Assembly: GCF_964355755.1 (NCBI RefSeq) | Contig: NC_092673.1 | Location: forward strand, 14,108,948-14,172,947 | Length of the DNA stretch: 64,000 nt | Origin: Antedon mediterranea | Taxonomy: Eukaryota > Animalia > Echinodermata | Direction of reading: 5' to 3' | In this document: piece by piece, positions 13,406 to 25,322 of the stretch | Numbering within the stretch: the first letter of the stretch is position 1 | Layout of the letters: each line of letters begins with the position of its first letter | Translations under genes and position numbers: made by a program | Notes under the pieces: model-generated | Told to the model about the DNA's origin: nothing | The model's database searches: none | Seen by the model: only the letters and a program-made list of their open reading frames with translations

Positions 13406-16400
13406 TTTATTCACTTGGCGGAAATCATTTAAGAACAGCACTATCAACAATGAGTGAGAATATATTTAAACAATTAGAAGTGGCAGTCTATTTTGATGTA
13501 ACAAAAACTGAATCACTACGTGTGGCATCTCGACATAATTTCGTCACAGGTAATACTCACCAAGCAACTTTTGAAGACAACGTTGCAGTATGCCGCAACA
13601 TTTTGCAAGATTACAATGACAAAGATGCAAAAACAACTTCGACATGGAGGAGGAAGTGTGCAGAGGCAATTGGCAAACAATCGTTCGAAAAAAAGGTATT
13701 ATTAATATTATTTAAACAAGTTATTTAGGACTCTAATAATTAATAATGTAATGGTGATATAATTAATAATAATGTTGTAATTAATAATAATATATAGTAA
13801 ATAAGGATATTAACAATAATAAAAGGATAATAACGATAATAATAAATAAGGATAGTAATAATAAATAATAACTTTGTATTGCAGATAATATCGTCCATGG
13901 AACCGATGTTCCAAGTATCATTGTATACGGACCGATGCTACACAAAGGTTACCAAGCTGTTTGCCCAGTATAATGCAGGAACGGTAAAGGATTCCAAACC
14001 CGGAAAGCAATTGAAGCAGTCGGTAGGTTTCTTACCTTTATTTTCTGTCACATTTATTGTCTCAATAGATTACTGGTGTATGCTTTTTTTTTGGCAAAAA
14101 CAAACAAGCAAGAAACACAATCAGTTAATTATTAGTCTCAGTCACTTGCGGTAGAAACAACGCGTCTTAATTCAAAGGGTTAATAACTTTGTAAAAAACA
14201 ATCTATTATTTATTAATTTATTTATTTTATACAGTTGTCAACCAACAGCGATGAAACCGCCACTAACAGGTTAAATCTAAACATAACAAACTATAAAAAT
14301 GTATTCAAATTAGGCCTAATTTATTATAAAAAAAAACATTTTAAAATAGGCCTGTTTTTTCTAAAGGGGGGGGGGGGGGGGAGTGTGATTAACTTTGTTA
14401 AAACTAAAAAATGGCCTATTCAAAAATGATATGACTTGCATTAACAATTGTTTTGTTTTCTTCAATTGTTATCCACACGAGAGAAATGTTTATACTGAAC
14501 CTCTTGAACCCTTATTGGAACGCTTTATTATTTGTTATCAGTATTGTGACTAAACATTTTTTTACAATTCTATAGTTCTTCATGACACTACAAGGCCTGT
14601 CGGAAGAAGACAAGTTTGAATTGCTGTCATCTGTAACAGACGGAACAATGTCCATTAAAGAGGTTGAAAATAAAGCACGGTCGATTAAGCAGATAAAGGT
14701 GATCAGAGGAAAATTTTTGACAACTATTAAAGTACTGACATGGAAGGAAGCGACCGAAAGATTTCCAGAGCACACGACCGATTCTGCTCTTCGGCCTTTT
14801 TTAACAACAAGTAAGGTTACTTATGTTACTAATAGAATTCAGTCGCTGTATTTGTGCTATATTTCTAAAACCAAGTCCCACTCTGTCAGATTTTAAAAAT
14901 TCGTACAAAATTGAAACAATTTAATATTATGCAGTTCGATGCAAAGGTACTTTATTCGCACAAAACTACTATCCCTTATAGAAATTAAAATATTGAATTA
15001 ATAATAATAAGACATTTTAATACATTTCTTTTGAAAGGGAAGTTATCTAAAAGCGAAATTCCACCAGGTTTATTCATGCATTGTCAAGATGCTCTGTTTT
15101 GGGAGGAACAAAAGCAAAGTCACCCTCAAGCGTCAACAGTTGATATTTTAACAGAAGATGGAACAAGATCAAAGTGTCAAGTTATGTCTGGGCCGTTTAT
15201 TGGCAGAAAATTGACAGATATTGCCAATTCCAGTAATATGGGGTTACATCGTGGCCTGCTCGTACTGACAGAGGTTTGATATATTTTAAATATTTTATAT
15301 TGTTTTGTATATTTGTAATTCATTCTATAGTGAGGGGTTTTCAAATTTGAAACTAAATTGTTTTTTTACGGCCTATCAATGTGGCTTTACTAAGAAAGAT
15401 TTTAATAGATTTATATAAACAACAGAACAAATATTCAAACTGTTTTTAGAGATTATACAGCCGAACAATATTCAAAAATTCTACCCATTCTAACTGACCC
15501 CCCGAAGCCTGACACATGCAATTTTGCATAACACAGTAACATTGAGACTGCACTGGTTTTGTTACTGTTGTTATTCTTATTATATTATTTTTTCTATGCT
15601 TTTTTTTTTTAGAAATGTGAAAAAGAAATGCTGATTTCTGATGTCATCGTAGTTGTTTGCAATAACGAGGACCTGCTATACAATATGACTATTTTAAAAG
15701 ACAACGATAGAGTCATGCAAGTACAGTATTGGTACTGCGAAGAACAAGGTATACCCAGTTTGTTATTGTATTTACAAATATAGTTCAGTCGTTTTTATTC
15801 AATTATAAATATAGGCCAATCATTGATTGGCAGTCTACTAAAAAATGTTCACCAATTTGCAATACTAACTGCTTTTTGGTATGAGGTGGATGGTGGGGTA
15901 ATGGGGTTATTTCTTCTTGTGTCTAATAAAAGAAAAAAAAAAAGAAATGTACCATTGATATTATTATTATTATATTCAAATATACAGGAAAGTTAATGTA
16001 AGTATGTAGGCCTACAGTTTAATGATGATTCCTATTTGTTTTTATTTAGACACCATTCGCACGTTATTAGTAAGCCCTCAACACGAACGCATGATGAATG
16101 GAATTGGTGGCGTCATTAAGGGTAAGTCACTAGAACTGCTAATTAAGCAACTAGTGACAAGGCATAGCAGAGAAGGTCACTTAGTTGTAAATTGCCTAGG
16201 ATGGAATGGTAAATAATACATTTATACCATAACTCATAATAATCATTCATTGATGTTAACCAAAAACATACCGCGTGACAATTGGGCATGTCGCTAAAAT
16301 CCAATCAAATGGAAAAAATTCTTGTTCTTTGAGTCATTACTATTGTCGTTTGTACAAACGACATTAATGAACTAACAAAATAATTTAATATTCAATTGAA

Positions 16401-17096
16401 ATCTATTTTATTGTTATTATAATTACAGTGTTCAAGGAAATAATTTTGCAACGGCGCAATTGTATAACCTTGCTCGAGAATGATGGGGAATCTGAATTAA
16501 GATCCAGATTAGTTCGTTTCAAAGAAGAAATTGAAAACAGCATTCAGCTTGAAAATGGAGCCCAATCGGATGGTAAGTTTAAGTTAAACTAACTTTATTG
16601 TTTATCTATTGTCATGGATGCTAATACGAAGAACAATATACAAGCGATATTGTATACATTCAAGTCGCAATACAATGCTGATAATTTGATGTTTGTAGTG
16701 CAATATACTGCTACTTTTTGTTCAGGAATTTTAAAACGGCATATTAAGCTGTATTCTCATAACTTGGACGGCATACTATGCTATCTGTATTGTAAACTTG
16801 TATAAACACAGCCCATGCATTTAATTTTTAATCAATATTCAAAATACCCATAATCAATTTCTGACCCAATTTGAAACATCTAGTAAATACAAATTTAAAA
16901 AAAAAACAAGATGCTCTATTTTAAAATTTTGTTTACACAGAGCTTCTAAAAAAATGATACAACTATTTAGAGGTCTATTAAATAATAGGGCGTTGGTTTA
17001 TTCATCATTTCAGATGAGGACGACAGTACAGATGAGGAGGTTGAAGATAATGCGGAGATGGCAAATGAGGAGGACGACTACACATTTCCGGGGTGA
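13403..17096 (+). pseudogene. Spliced gene: ParB-like N-terminal domain, helical region, degenerate beta-class N6A/N4C DNA methyltransferase fold, acidic tail; 5'-truncated
   Basis: Largely phase-compatible exons at ~13403-13695, 13885-14022, 14576-14810, 15038-15273, 15613-15748, 15815-~15890, 16050-16208, 16429-16572 and 17014-17096. ParB-like: LGGNHLRTAL...VY...ESLRVASRHN. MTase-like C-terminus: KSLELLIKQLVTRHSREGHLVVNCLG...RRNCITLLEND...SRL. Confidence 0.65.
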
Positions 17097-17244
17097 AAAT
17101 AGCATTCATGATACTGGACACATGCCTTGCAGTCACATTTTATATAACTTTTCAAATTAATTTATTAAATTTATTCTGTGCCTTGTGATGTTTATATATA
17201 TACTGTATATACAATTGAGAGACTAGTACTGTTCCGCCGTACTA

Positions 17245-17390
17245 CGACAGTGGTCTAATGGTCATCTGCATATCAAGCAGAATGTTCCGGGTTCGGATCT
17301 TGGATTGGGCATTCTCACTGATTTCCTCATCTTTATCGTTTAAAATTAAATAATTAAATTTCACTGGGCGGTTTAGAATTATTAATAAAA
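17245..17390 (+). mobile_element. tRNA-derived SINE (decayed)
   Basis: A-box-like AGTGGTCTAATGG and B-box-like GGTTCGGATC at tRNA-like spacing, with an A-rich 3' end. Confidence 0.55.
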
Positions 17391-17457
17391 AGCTTGTATA
17401 GCACACTAAAACTTTGTCTACTAATTATTTTTACAGAGAAATTCTTGTTTTTCTGAA

Positions 17458-17681
17458 GTCATAAATTTTATGACCTCATGGCAGCTTCACAATCATGTCA
17501 TAAATATTATGACTTATGTGAAAATAGTCAATACCTTGAGGCCCGGAAATCACAGCCTCATGTACTATAACCAGCGTATTCCGAGACATAACATGTAGTT
17601 TTAAATTGTCATAAATGTTATGACCTAATGACTGCTAAATTAATGTCATAAATATTATGACTTATGTTAAAATAGTCAATA
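17458..17681. repeat. Cluster of four GTCATAA-N3-TTATGAC palindromes in a ~148-bp duplicated unit
   Basis: Perfect 7-bp arms at 17458-17474, 17497-17513, 17608-17624 and 17645-17661. The flank TTATGT.AAAATAGTCAATA is repeated. Confidence 0.92.
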
Positions 17682-18549
17682 GGCAGCTACCATGTCGCTC
17701 GAATAATACACGCTGTTATCTGCTGTATATAGCCCATCACTTTATAACTTCTTTGTTGAATCTAATATATTATTACCGAGTATAAGGTGGTTAGGAGCTA
17801 ATAATACTAAGCTTTAGAGCTGAGTGGACATGGGCCGCTACTACTGGTAATTACACCAAAGTGTTTTGTGTATGATAATCGAAGTGCAGCTAGCTCTGCC
17901 AACAAATGCATGGATTAATACATTCATTTATAAAAATAGTTTTTAACACTCAGCTAGCTTTTATCTCATTATCATAAATGAAAACAAACAAGAATTGCCT
18001 TTTTCAACTACAAATAAAAACATATCATCCAAACTAATAAAACAGAAAAAAGAAACAATTATTCAATCAATATTATAGTTTATCGGCAAAGTAAGTTGAT
18101 ATATTTATGTTTCATTATACATTGTATTAAACTAGTTAATGTCGATGTATACATTTATATAAAACAAGGTTTTGTTTATTAATTTCTCAGCGTTACTAAA
18201 ATCAAAATATAAAACAAAACAAATTATACGGCAAGTTTATGTAAATAAAAATAATTATAAGAGGAAATGTTTGTTATCGCTAAATTGTAGTATTTTGATA
18301 ATATTGAAATCGATAAAAATCAAAATATGCATATTTTACGATTTTGTATACATTTTAGCTATGAATGGCCAAAATTAAAGTAAAGGTCGATTTTGTTGAA
18401 TCTACACAGACGTATAATGTTTGTACTGAAAAAAAAACGTGTTCAAAGTGTTTTGATTGGTTATGTTTAAAAATGTATATTTATGAAGTGGGCGCTAGAA
18501 AGCACAGAAAAGCAACTTTCCGACTTGGAGTAGAGTAGGCTAGAGGAAT

Positions 18550-19530
18550 TATGACCAAAGCAGCTGCGAGCGAAAGCGGCCGCCAATCCATAACAATGCA
18601 TTTGTTGGAAACGCCAAAGCGTCATTGTGTATATTTGTGGGCGTGTTGCTTTGATGCAGGACGCAATTGTAAAACATGTTCAGCCTGGATGGAAACTGTT
18701 TGGCCTTCTTCAAAAAGTAGCTTGCAAAGAAGATAGAAGCGCAGGTTGGCTTTTGTTTATTAAACAAGTTAAAAGCTTTTAAATCTTACATCGTTTGGTT
18801 CTTGTGTTTAGACGATTGTGATAGCCTTCCAAGTTGTTGTTGGTTTGTGTTTCTTGACGAAATACGACCCAGTCAATAGGGTTAAATACGTCGTCTATCC
18901 AGTACGACCGCATATATTTAACCATCACAGTCCGTTGTAGTCGCCGGAAAACTGCCTTGTAATCAATTGTCGAATGAAGTTCCGGGTACCAACGTCATGC
19001 ATGTCATTAAATTGATGCTTCATAGTCTTTTACTATCTGTACCATGTTGACGGCAGGCAACATCCCACTGTCAAGATACCTGTTGAAGAAAAGAAAAAAA
19101 AGTCCTTGATTTGTTTTCTTGGTGATTTTATGTCCAAGATCTGCAATTACATCTGCATCATGAGCATTTTTAACAAGTAGAAGAGACAACTCATTGAGTA
19201 ACTTGTCGATCTTTTGATGCAGTGACTCTATTCTGTCAGCAGAATGCTGTCAAGGGATAGAAGCTGCATACAAATGTTGCATTTAAATACTTTATTTGGG
19301 TCTTCTGAAACAAAGAACGGTTCATTTAAAGCACAGTTTGTTCTTTCACTTGTGAATGTATCATTTAATGGTTTCCTGCTGTTGTTGAAGTAAGTCAAGC
19401 AATTTGGTCCATAAATGTCTGTAAATTCAAATGATGGCGTGGTGGTATAGCCATTACAAATCCGCGAATGGCAGGTTGTACAAATGTATATAGGTTGTGA
19501 ATTTACATTTGTTAGATTTAGTGCCAATTT
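18550..19530 (-). pseudogene. MULE transposase remnant preceded by a CxxC motif and RING-finger half (RAG1-N-terminus-like, N-RAG-TP type)
   Basis: PIYICTTCHSRI ... FKCNICMQLL...LLTE*SH (RING start) is followed by IVKDYEASI, YMRSYWIDDVFNPIDWVVFRQETQTNNNLEGYHNRLN and ANLRFYLLCKLLFEEGQTVSIQ (MULE C-terminus). Several deletions. Confidence 0.7.
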
Positions 19531-19719
19531 GCCTACAAAAAAGAAAAAGAAAATGTCTCATGCAAGCATATATAATCAAGCATATACCTAGATTTTCCAA
19601 ATAGAACAGTAGAATTGATCGTGTGGTAAGAAGATGTCTGGTTTGTATCAGCAGTCGGTGGATTCAGTTTATTGCGAGAACCTGGACAGGCTTTTTGGGA
19701 TGGTGGTGAGGGATGAAAC

Positions 19720-19960
19720 ATACACCACCACCCATTCGATTCCTGTCTCTTCAGACAGATTCTGATGTTATTTCATAGGGACATTATGTAAGAGCAACCT
19801 TGCATTCAGATGCAAGAAATGTATCCCTGGTTTTTTTTAGGACATTTGCTGCTGTGTCGGACACATTTCCAGGTGATGTCAAAGGGATTTCATTCACATG
19901 GACAGTGATTATAGATGATCTTACTGCTGCCGATCTACTGGAAAAAAAGAAATGGAGATC
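19720..19960 (-). pseudogene. CR1/L2 ORF2 endonuclease N-terminal fragment
   Basis: KKPGIHFLHLNARLLL and RDRNRMGGGVC motifs. Confidence 0.6.
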
Positions 19961-20026
19961 ACAACTAAAAGAGATGTACAATAAACCAAGCTTCATTTTA
20001 CGGCTGGAAAACTTCAACTGGCATTC

Positions 20027-20085
20027 CGGTAAACTTTTCGAAATTCCATTGAGATAGTTTCGGTAAACTTTTCGAAATTCCATTG
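20027..20085. repeat. 25-bp direct repeat, 2 copies
   Basis: CGGTAAACTTTTCGAAATTCCATTG at ~20027 and ~20061. Confidence 0.85.
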
Positions 20086-20094
20086 CCATACTAG

Positions 20095-21610
20095 TCAAAT
20101 CAATCAAATCAAATCAAATCTTTATTCGTTCCATATAAAATAAATTGTACATGGAAAAATTGTTTTCCTCGACAGAAAAATATGGTAAAACATTCATAAT
20201 TACATCATACATAGAACAAATTTACAATTTAAAAACATTAATTAAAACATCCATCAACAGTAAACGTATCAGCTCTAGGAGCCCGTAACCGGCCTGACTT
20301 GTTCTTAAAAAATCTCATATGTAATGGATGTTTCTTATCTTCTAAAATTTTACTTAATTTACTTAGGACCTGTTTTTCATAAAGATATTTTAAATCATTA
20401 ACCGTACAACCAATTATATTTGATGCTATCTTAGTATATTCTAATACTAGTACTGAATAATTTTAAAGTACCACAGCTAACATTAAATTTATTTAGCTTT
20501 CTTAGGAAATATAACCTTTGGTGACCTTTCTTAATTATCTCGGCCGTATTTTTTTCAAAACTAAGTTGATCATCAATATGTGTACAAAAATATTTGGTTT
20601 CATGAACACGTTCAATTGTCTGATCATTAACTATCAGATAACTTTTTTCTTTTTCCTAAAATCCCATATAATTTCTTTAGTTTTATTAAAATTAATCTTA
20701 AGGTAATTGTCATTGCACCATGACATTAATTTTACATATTCAGCCTTATACACATGATCGTCAGCATTTTTCAATAGACCAATCAGTACCATGTCATCTG
20801 AGTATTTGATTATATGACACATGCTACATGAAGATCGACATTCACTAGTATATATTGTAAATAAACTTGGTGACAGACAACACCCCTGGGGTGCACCAGT
20901 GTTGATCCTTGTAATCTCTGAGATAGATTTACCAACTTTAACATACTGTAGCCGATTTGTAACAATTTGTTGTCTAACAAGGTTATAATAGCATCATCGA
21001 CCCCTCTATTACATTGATATGCAAATTGGTTATTATCCATAAAATCACTACATTCAGACATTAGTTGACTTCTAACAATTTTCTCAAGGATCTTCATTAG
21101 AATAGATGTTAATGCCACTGGTCTGAAGTCGTTAACGATTTTAGGGTTACACATTTTCGGAACAGGTATAATCTCAGAGACCTTCCATAGATCAGGTACC
21201 ACCCCCGTGTTCAGTGAACACTGGAAAAGCTGGCTTATTATTGGTGAAAGCTGAGAGGCACATGATCTAATCAAACGCCCTGATACAACCTCCGGACCCT
21301 TTGCTTTACTAACATTTACCCTTTCCATATATTTCTTTCTTTCATCTTTTGTAAGCGGAGGCTTATTATTATTAAATATTCTAATTTTCTTTTTGGGTAA
21401 GATCAACACCCTTTTAACTCATTAACCTTATCCTCAGACCACAATAATCTTTCTATAATAATAATGTTTCGGAATAAGTTTAATACAATTATGATCAGAA
21501 TTTCCTATACCTGGTAATTTATAAGCCTTATAGGCTTCACTAATATTCCCAAAACACTTATCTAATACATTTTCTTTTCTAGTAGCACATTTAACATACT
21601 GTCTATACAC
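20095..21610 (-). mobile_element. Rex1/Babar-clade LINE, degenerate, with (ATTTG)n tail
   Basis: QYVKCATR..N.LD.C, SDHN, KAKGP..VSGR, WK.SEIIPVPK, NDFRPVALTS, GAPQGCCLSP and KYSDD motifs. Minus-strand AATAAA(GATTT)n at ~20095-20126. Confidence 0.85.
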
Positions 21611-22110
21611 ATACACATACATACATACATTTAATCCATTAATTATCTTTCATCCATTATTTTCTTGACATCTGCATATTTACGTTCTTGTACTTTTCTG
21701 TTTTTACGTAACATTACCAGGCATCTTTTATTACATATTATTGAATAAACTGATCACATTATGTATCGATAGATATTCTCAATTCTCATTCTAGACCTTT
21801 TTGACAATATATATGCATTCCCATTTAATCACATTATCGATGATGATGAATTGAATTGAATTGACTTAGGCTTAATATATCTTGTGTGAAAGAATGTCCC
21901 TTGGTCATACAGGTATTTCACTTCGGTTCGCCATTTCTTCTACATTTGGTTTATACGAATTAAGACGTAGACGATATATTCCTCGCCCTTGAGTACTGCA
22001 TTTTTACGTTTTATAATGTTTTCAGCAATTTCAATGCAATTCTCTCTATCATGGGCTTTAATAGTATATAAAATACGGATAATTTTCGGTGGAAGATGTA
22101 AATGTAAATA

Positions 22111-22620
22111 ATGGCTACTGTTGATACACACATCACATTGCCGATGAAAGTGGCATCTTTAATACCACGCATTGACAAAAGATGGGAGAAATGGATCAAG
22201 AGGCTAGAAATTTTTCTTTTTATAGCGGATCCGCTAATAAGTGTGAGCGAATGTTGCAGTTTGCTAGGTATGTCGCGATTCATCCCAGGTTTGCAGAGTT
22301 GTCCTATTTTGATCCAAACAAGTTGACAACAGTGCTTGTGGATGCAAGTCCACGTGCATCAGGAGCCATGCTTACGCAGGAAGGTAGAGTTATGGCATAT
22401 AGCAGTAAAACATAGAAAGATGTAGAGATGTTATTTGCAAGTTGAACGCGAAGCATTAGCGATCGCGTGGGCATGTCATCAATTTAGAATGTATGTATTT
22501 GGAAAACATTTCAGTGTTGTTACTGATCATAAGCCACTGTTAGCAATTTTCAATCCTCAACAAGAATTGATCAGCAGTTTGGTTTCAAGCATCGCAAAGT
22601 TCAAATCTCGAAGGTAATCG
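22111..22620 (+). pseudogene. Heavily deleted Gypsy remnant (gag start fused to RNase H region)
   Basis: RWEKWIKRLEIF; YFDPNKLTTVLVDASP; EREALAIAWACHQFRMYVFGKHFSVVTDHKPLL. Confidence 0.8.
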
Positions 22621-22849
22621 ATCATGGTAGGAAGTGTTTTCGAGATATAAGATGAAAATTGACTAATTACAACAATACTTACATGATCAATGTCAAGCAG
22701 TCCATGAGGGGATTCGGAGATGTTGTGAATATTATGTGCAAGGCAAGTGTAATAGAACGCAGTGGTCTATATTTTTACCATTCAATATATAATATAATAT
22801 ATATATAACAGCTAAAGGTCGTTGACAGTCTATAAGCCTATTAATCTTG

Positions 22850-23005
22850 CACAGCAGGCTAATTATAATAGAAAGGTAGCACGACCGAATCATCCAAGAG
22901 ATTTGAATTTTGTTATTGACCAAGACTACATTCCTGCTGGTTTTGTTTATGTGGATGCAACTTTCAAACTGGTTAAGCAACCGTTTATGCAACTATTGGT
23001 ATCCA
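22850..23005 (+). pseudogene. MULE transposase fragment (first catalytic Asp region)
   Basis: NYNRKVARPNHPRDLNF...IPAGF joined to YVDATFKLVKQPFMQL (MULE motif DGTF...PFxQL). Confidence 0.65.
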
Positions 23006-25014
23006 TGGCTTTGTAATATCTGGTAACTGCAGTACCTCTCATTTTTGTTATGATTTCGTCCTGGAGACTGGAAGAATTATGAGCCTTTAGAAGAGTATTT
23101 GTTGATTTAATTTTTTTTCTCGTTTTTGTCAACATTTGATTTCACATTCTTTTAATTCATTGTTTCACGCAGCAGCTACTTGACTTGTTCAAGTGTCAAA
23201 ATACATTATTTACTTTATTGTATCTTGGCAGACCATATTTCGAAAAGTCCAGGAATGTTTAACAAGCTTATGGAAATGAAAACAGAACAAATGAGGTCTG
23301 AAATCAGTTTATTGATATTTAAAATGTTTAATGTGAAAACTTTACCATACCCATGAGACTGGTCTTGGAAAGCTGTCGCGGCAGACGCATTCGTAACAGA
23401 GTTGTCGACGAGTTTTTGAGATTCCCATTTATATTTCCTTGATCGGATATGACATCAACAGTTATTGTTTGTCTAGGTAACAAGTTATAACCCCCAGTGT
23501 AACAGGCAAATGGAGCGGTATAATGGTATCATGTGGAAGACAATTACATTAGCTTTGGAAACGCGGGGACTATCTACGAAATGTTGGCCAGATATTTTGC
23601 ATTCATGGCTCTGCTCATGTAATGATACACCACTATGATTTGTAATTTTGTAACGATCATCCCATCTGGTTCTTTTAACATAGCAATGAATAAAATAAAA
23701 GACAAAGCCCTTTAGGGAATAGAAAATTAGACACACAGTACGCATGACAAAAAAGCTCTGGGTCCTCTGGAATACGACGTATTCTGGAAGTTTATATTTA
23801 TTATGGGTGCAAATGATCATTTTTGTAAATGTTGTTGCTTAATGTTAAGGTGAATGTTAATAAATTTTGAATATTTTTCCAGAGAAATCATATATAGAAG
23901 AATTTTACAGTAGTTTATAGTATACCTAACAGTACCCACACAGTAAGAAATTTGATTATTGCTGACAACCTCTCTACCGTAATCTTATCATATGCAGCTT
24001 TCACTGCATCAAATGTCTTCAATTTACCATTTACATGGCTCAATACTTTACTGGCTCCAAGAATCGTATGACTTTTTTGCCTGCTCGAAGCATTGCCAGA
24101 CCAGGCAAAACAGTTGTGTGTAGGCCATTTTTTTGGCCTACACACGTTTTAAGAAACTGCACGAAGCATCCTGTGTCTTGCTTTCACCTCTTTTAACATA
24201 CAGCATTTTGTTGTCAACATCTAATTCTTGTCCGATTTCCAATGTATTGAGTGTGTTGCCAGTGGCTTAGCCACTTCATTCATCTCGGATGCAATTTGCT
24301 GTTGTGTGGAGCGAGAAGGCCCACTTAATGAAGAGCATCTCCTTTTTTTTAAACTACTTTTCGTAATTGGAAAGTCTCCTTTCGCCACCTTTTAACCAGT
24401 TCACACTTCCGGCGGTACACCTGGAAAAGGTGTTTAGGACAAGTGAAACCCATACCAGCGGTTCGATAAACTTGGTTTAATGTTCTCTTTGCCATATCTA
24501 AACTCGTCACTTAGGATGAGTTTGATTATCCGCCCGCAACAAAACGTATCTTGCGCATTCAAGTAACCAATAAATCATTTTATGTAATTGGTTTCCCGTG
24601 AACCCCTCGATGCAAGTTGATTATTACTTATGAAAGTTTTATATATTAACATGTAAAAAAAAAAGGTAAACGTTATTCAATTCATTCAATCTTTTATTTC
24701 AGAATCTCTGGTCCATATGTTTATTGTTTTGCTCTTTGAAAATGTTATTGCTTGTTTGATGATAAAAATTTCAAAAATTATTTTTAGTATGCAAATAATG
24801 AATCTATCAAAGTTTACTCGTTCATTCGGTATGTGCTCGGAAGATGACCGTTTTTGATGAAGAATTCTGGTGGTGAAAGGATAAAACTTTTAGTTCATTA
24901 AACGTTTTTTGACTACTAAAGTAATTAAAAGGGTTCCGTAAATTATTTGAGTATTCTTTTTTTAAATTCGTGTTAAATAAGTGTTAAATTTTATTTTGAG
25001 AATTAGTTTTTCTT

Positions 25015-25322
25015 ATTTTTATTTTATTTTTTTATTTTATTTAATTTTCAGGCAAACATACATGACAACACAGCGGTGCAGCACCCTGAGGATTGCCATG
25101 AGTGCAAAGCACTATCGAGATGGCTCTCCATATACTGCACTAGAACATATAAGACAAACATATACACAAGATGCTCTACATAGACAAAGACTTATTATTA
25201 AGTCTTTGGGAGTGGAGTTGTAAATTGTCATGAGAAAAAAACCCTGACATATGACAGGACTTGAACCCAGGACCCTTAGATTGGTAGCCAAGCATCATAA
25301 CCACCAAGCCACAGCTCCACTC
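25015..25322 (-). mobile_element. tRNA-derived SINE
   Basis: Minus strand has A box TGGCTTGGTGG and B box GGTTCAAGTCC, and an (AAAAT)n-like tail at ~25015-25047. Body segments recur at ~38565-38600 and ~52058-52099. Confidence 0.8.

Larger units (their letters stand above)
10517..17681. mobile_element. Putative two-gene Sola-like DNA transposon (DUF7869-type transposase + ParB/MTase-like gene), centrally deleted; exact termini not found
   Basis: Two divergent spliced genes are bracketed on both sides by the same 17-bp palindrome. No TIR or TSD could be identified confidently. Confidence 0.6.

Noticed and set aside
14366-14381. Poly-G run as a functional G-quadruplex
   Set aside because: Isolated intronic homopolymer with no other support.
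15451-15531. ILTDPPK as the methyltransferase catalytic motif IV
   Set aside because: The frame does not fit the phase-0 donor of the preceding exon, it ends in a stop, and Lys replaces Tyr. Kept only as a possibility.
10423-17873. TACACA...TGTGTA as TIRs of the ParB/DUF7869 element
   Set aside because: Only ~6 bp match in AT-rich DNA and no convincing TSD.
25245-25322. Functional tRNA genes here, at ~17245 and at ~44130
   Set aside because: A and B boxes are present, but I could not fold a complete cloverleaf and each lies within a repeat body; treated as SINE heads.
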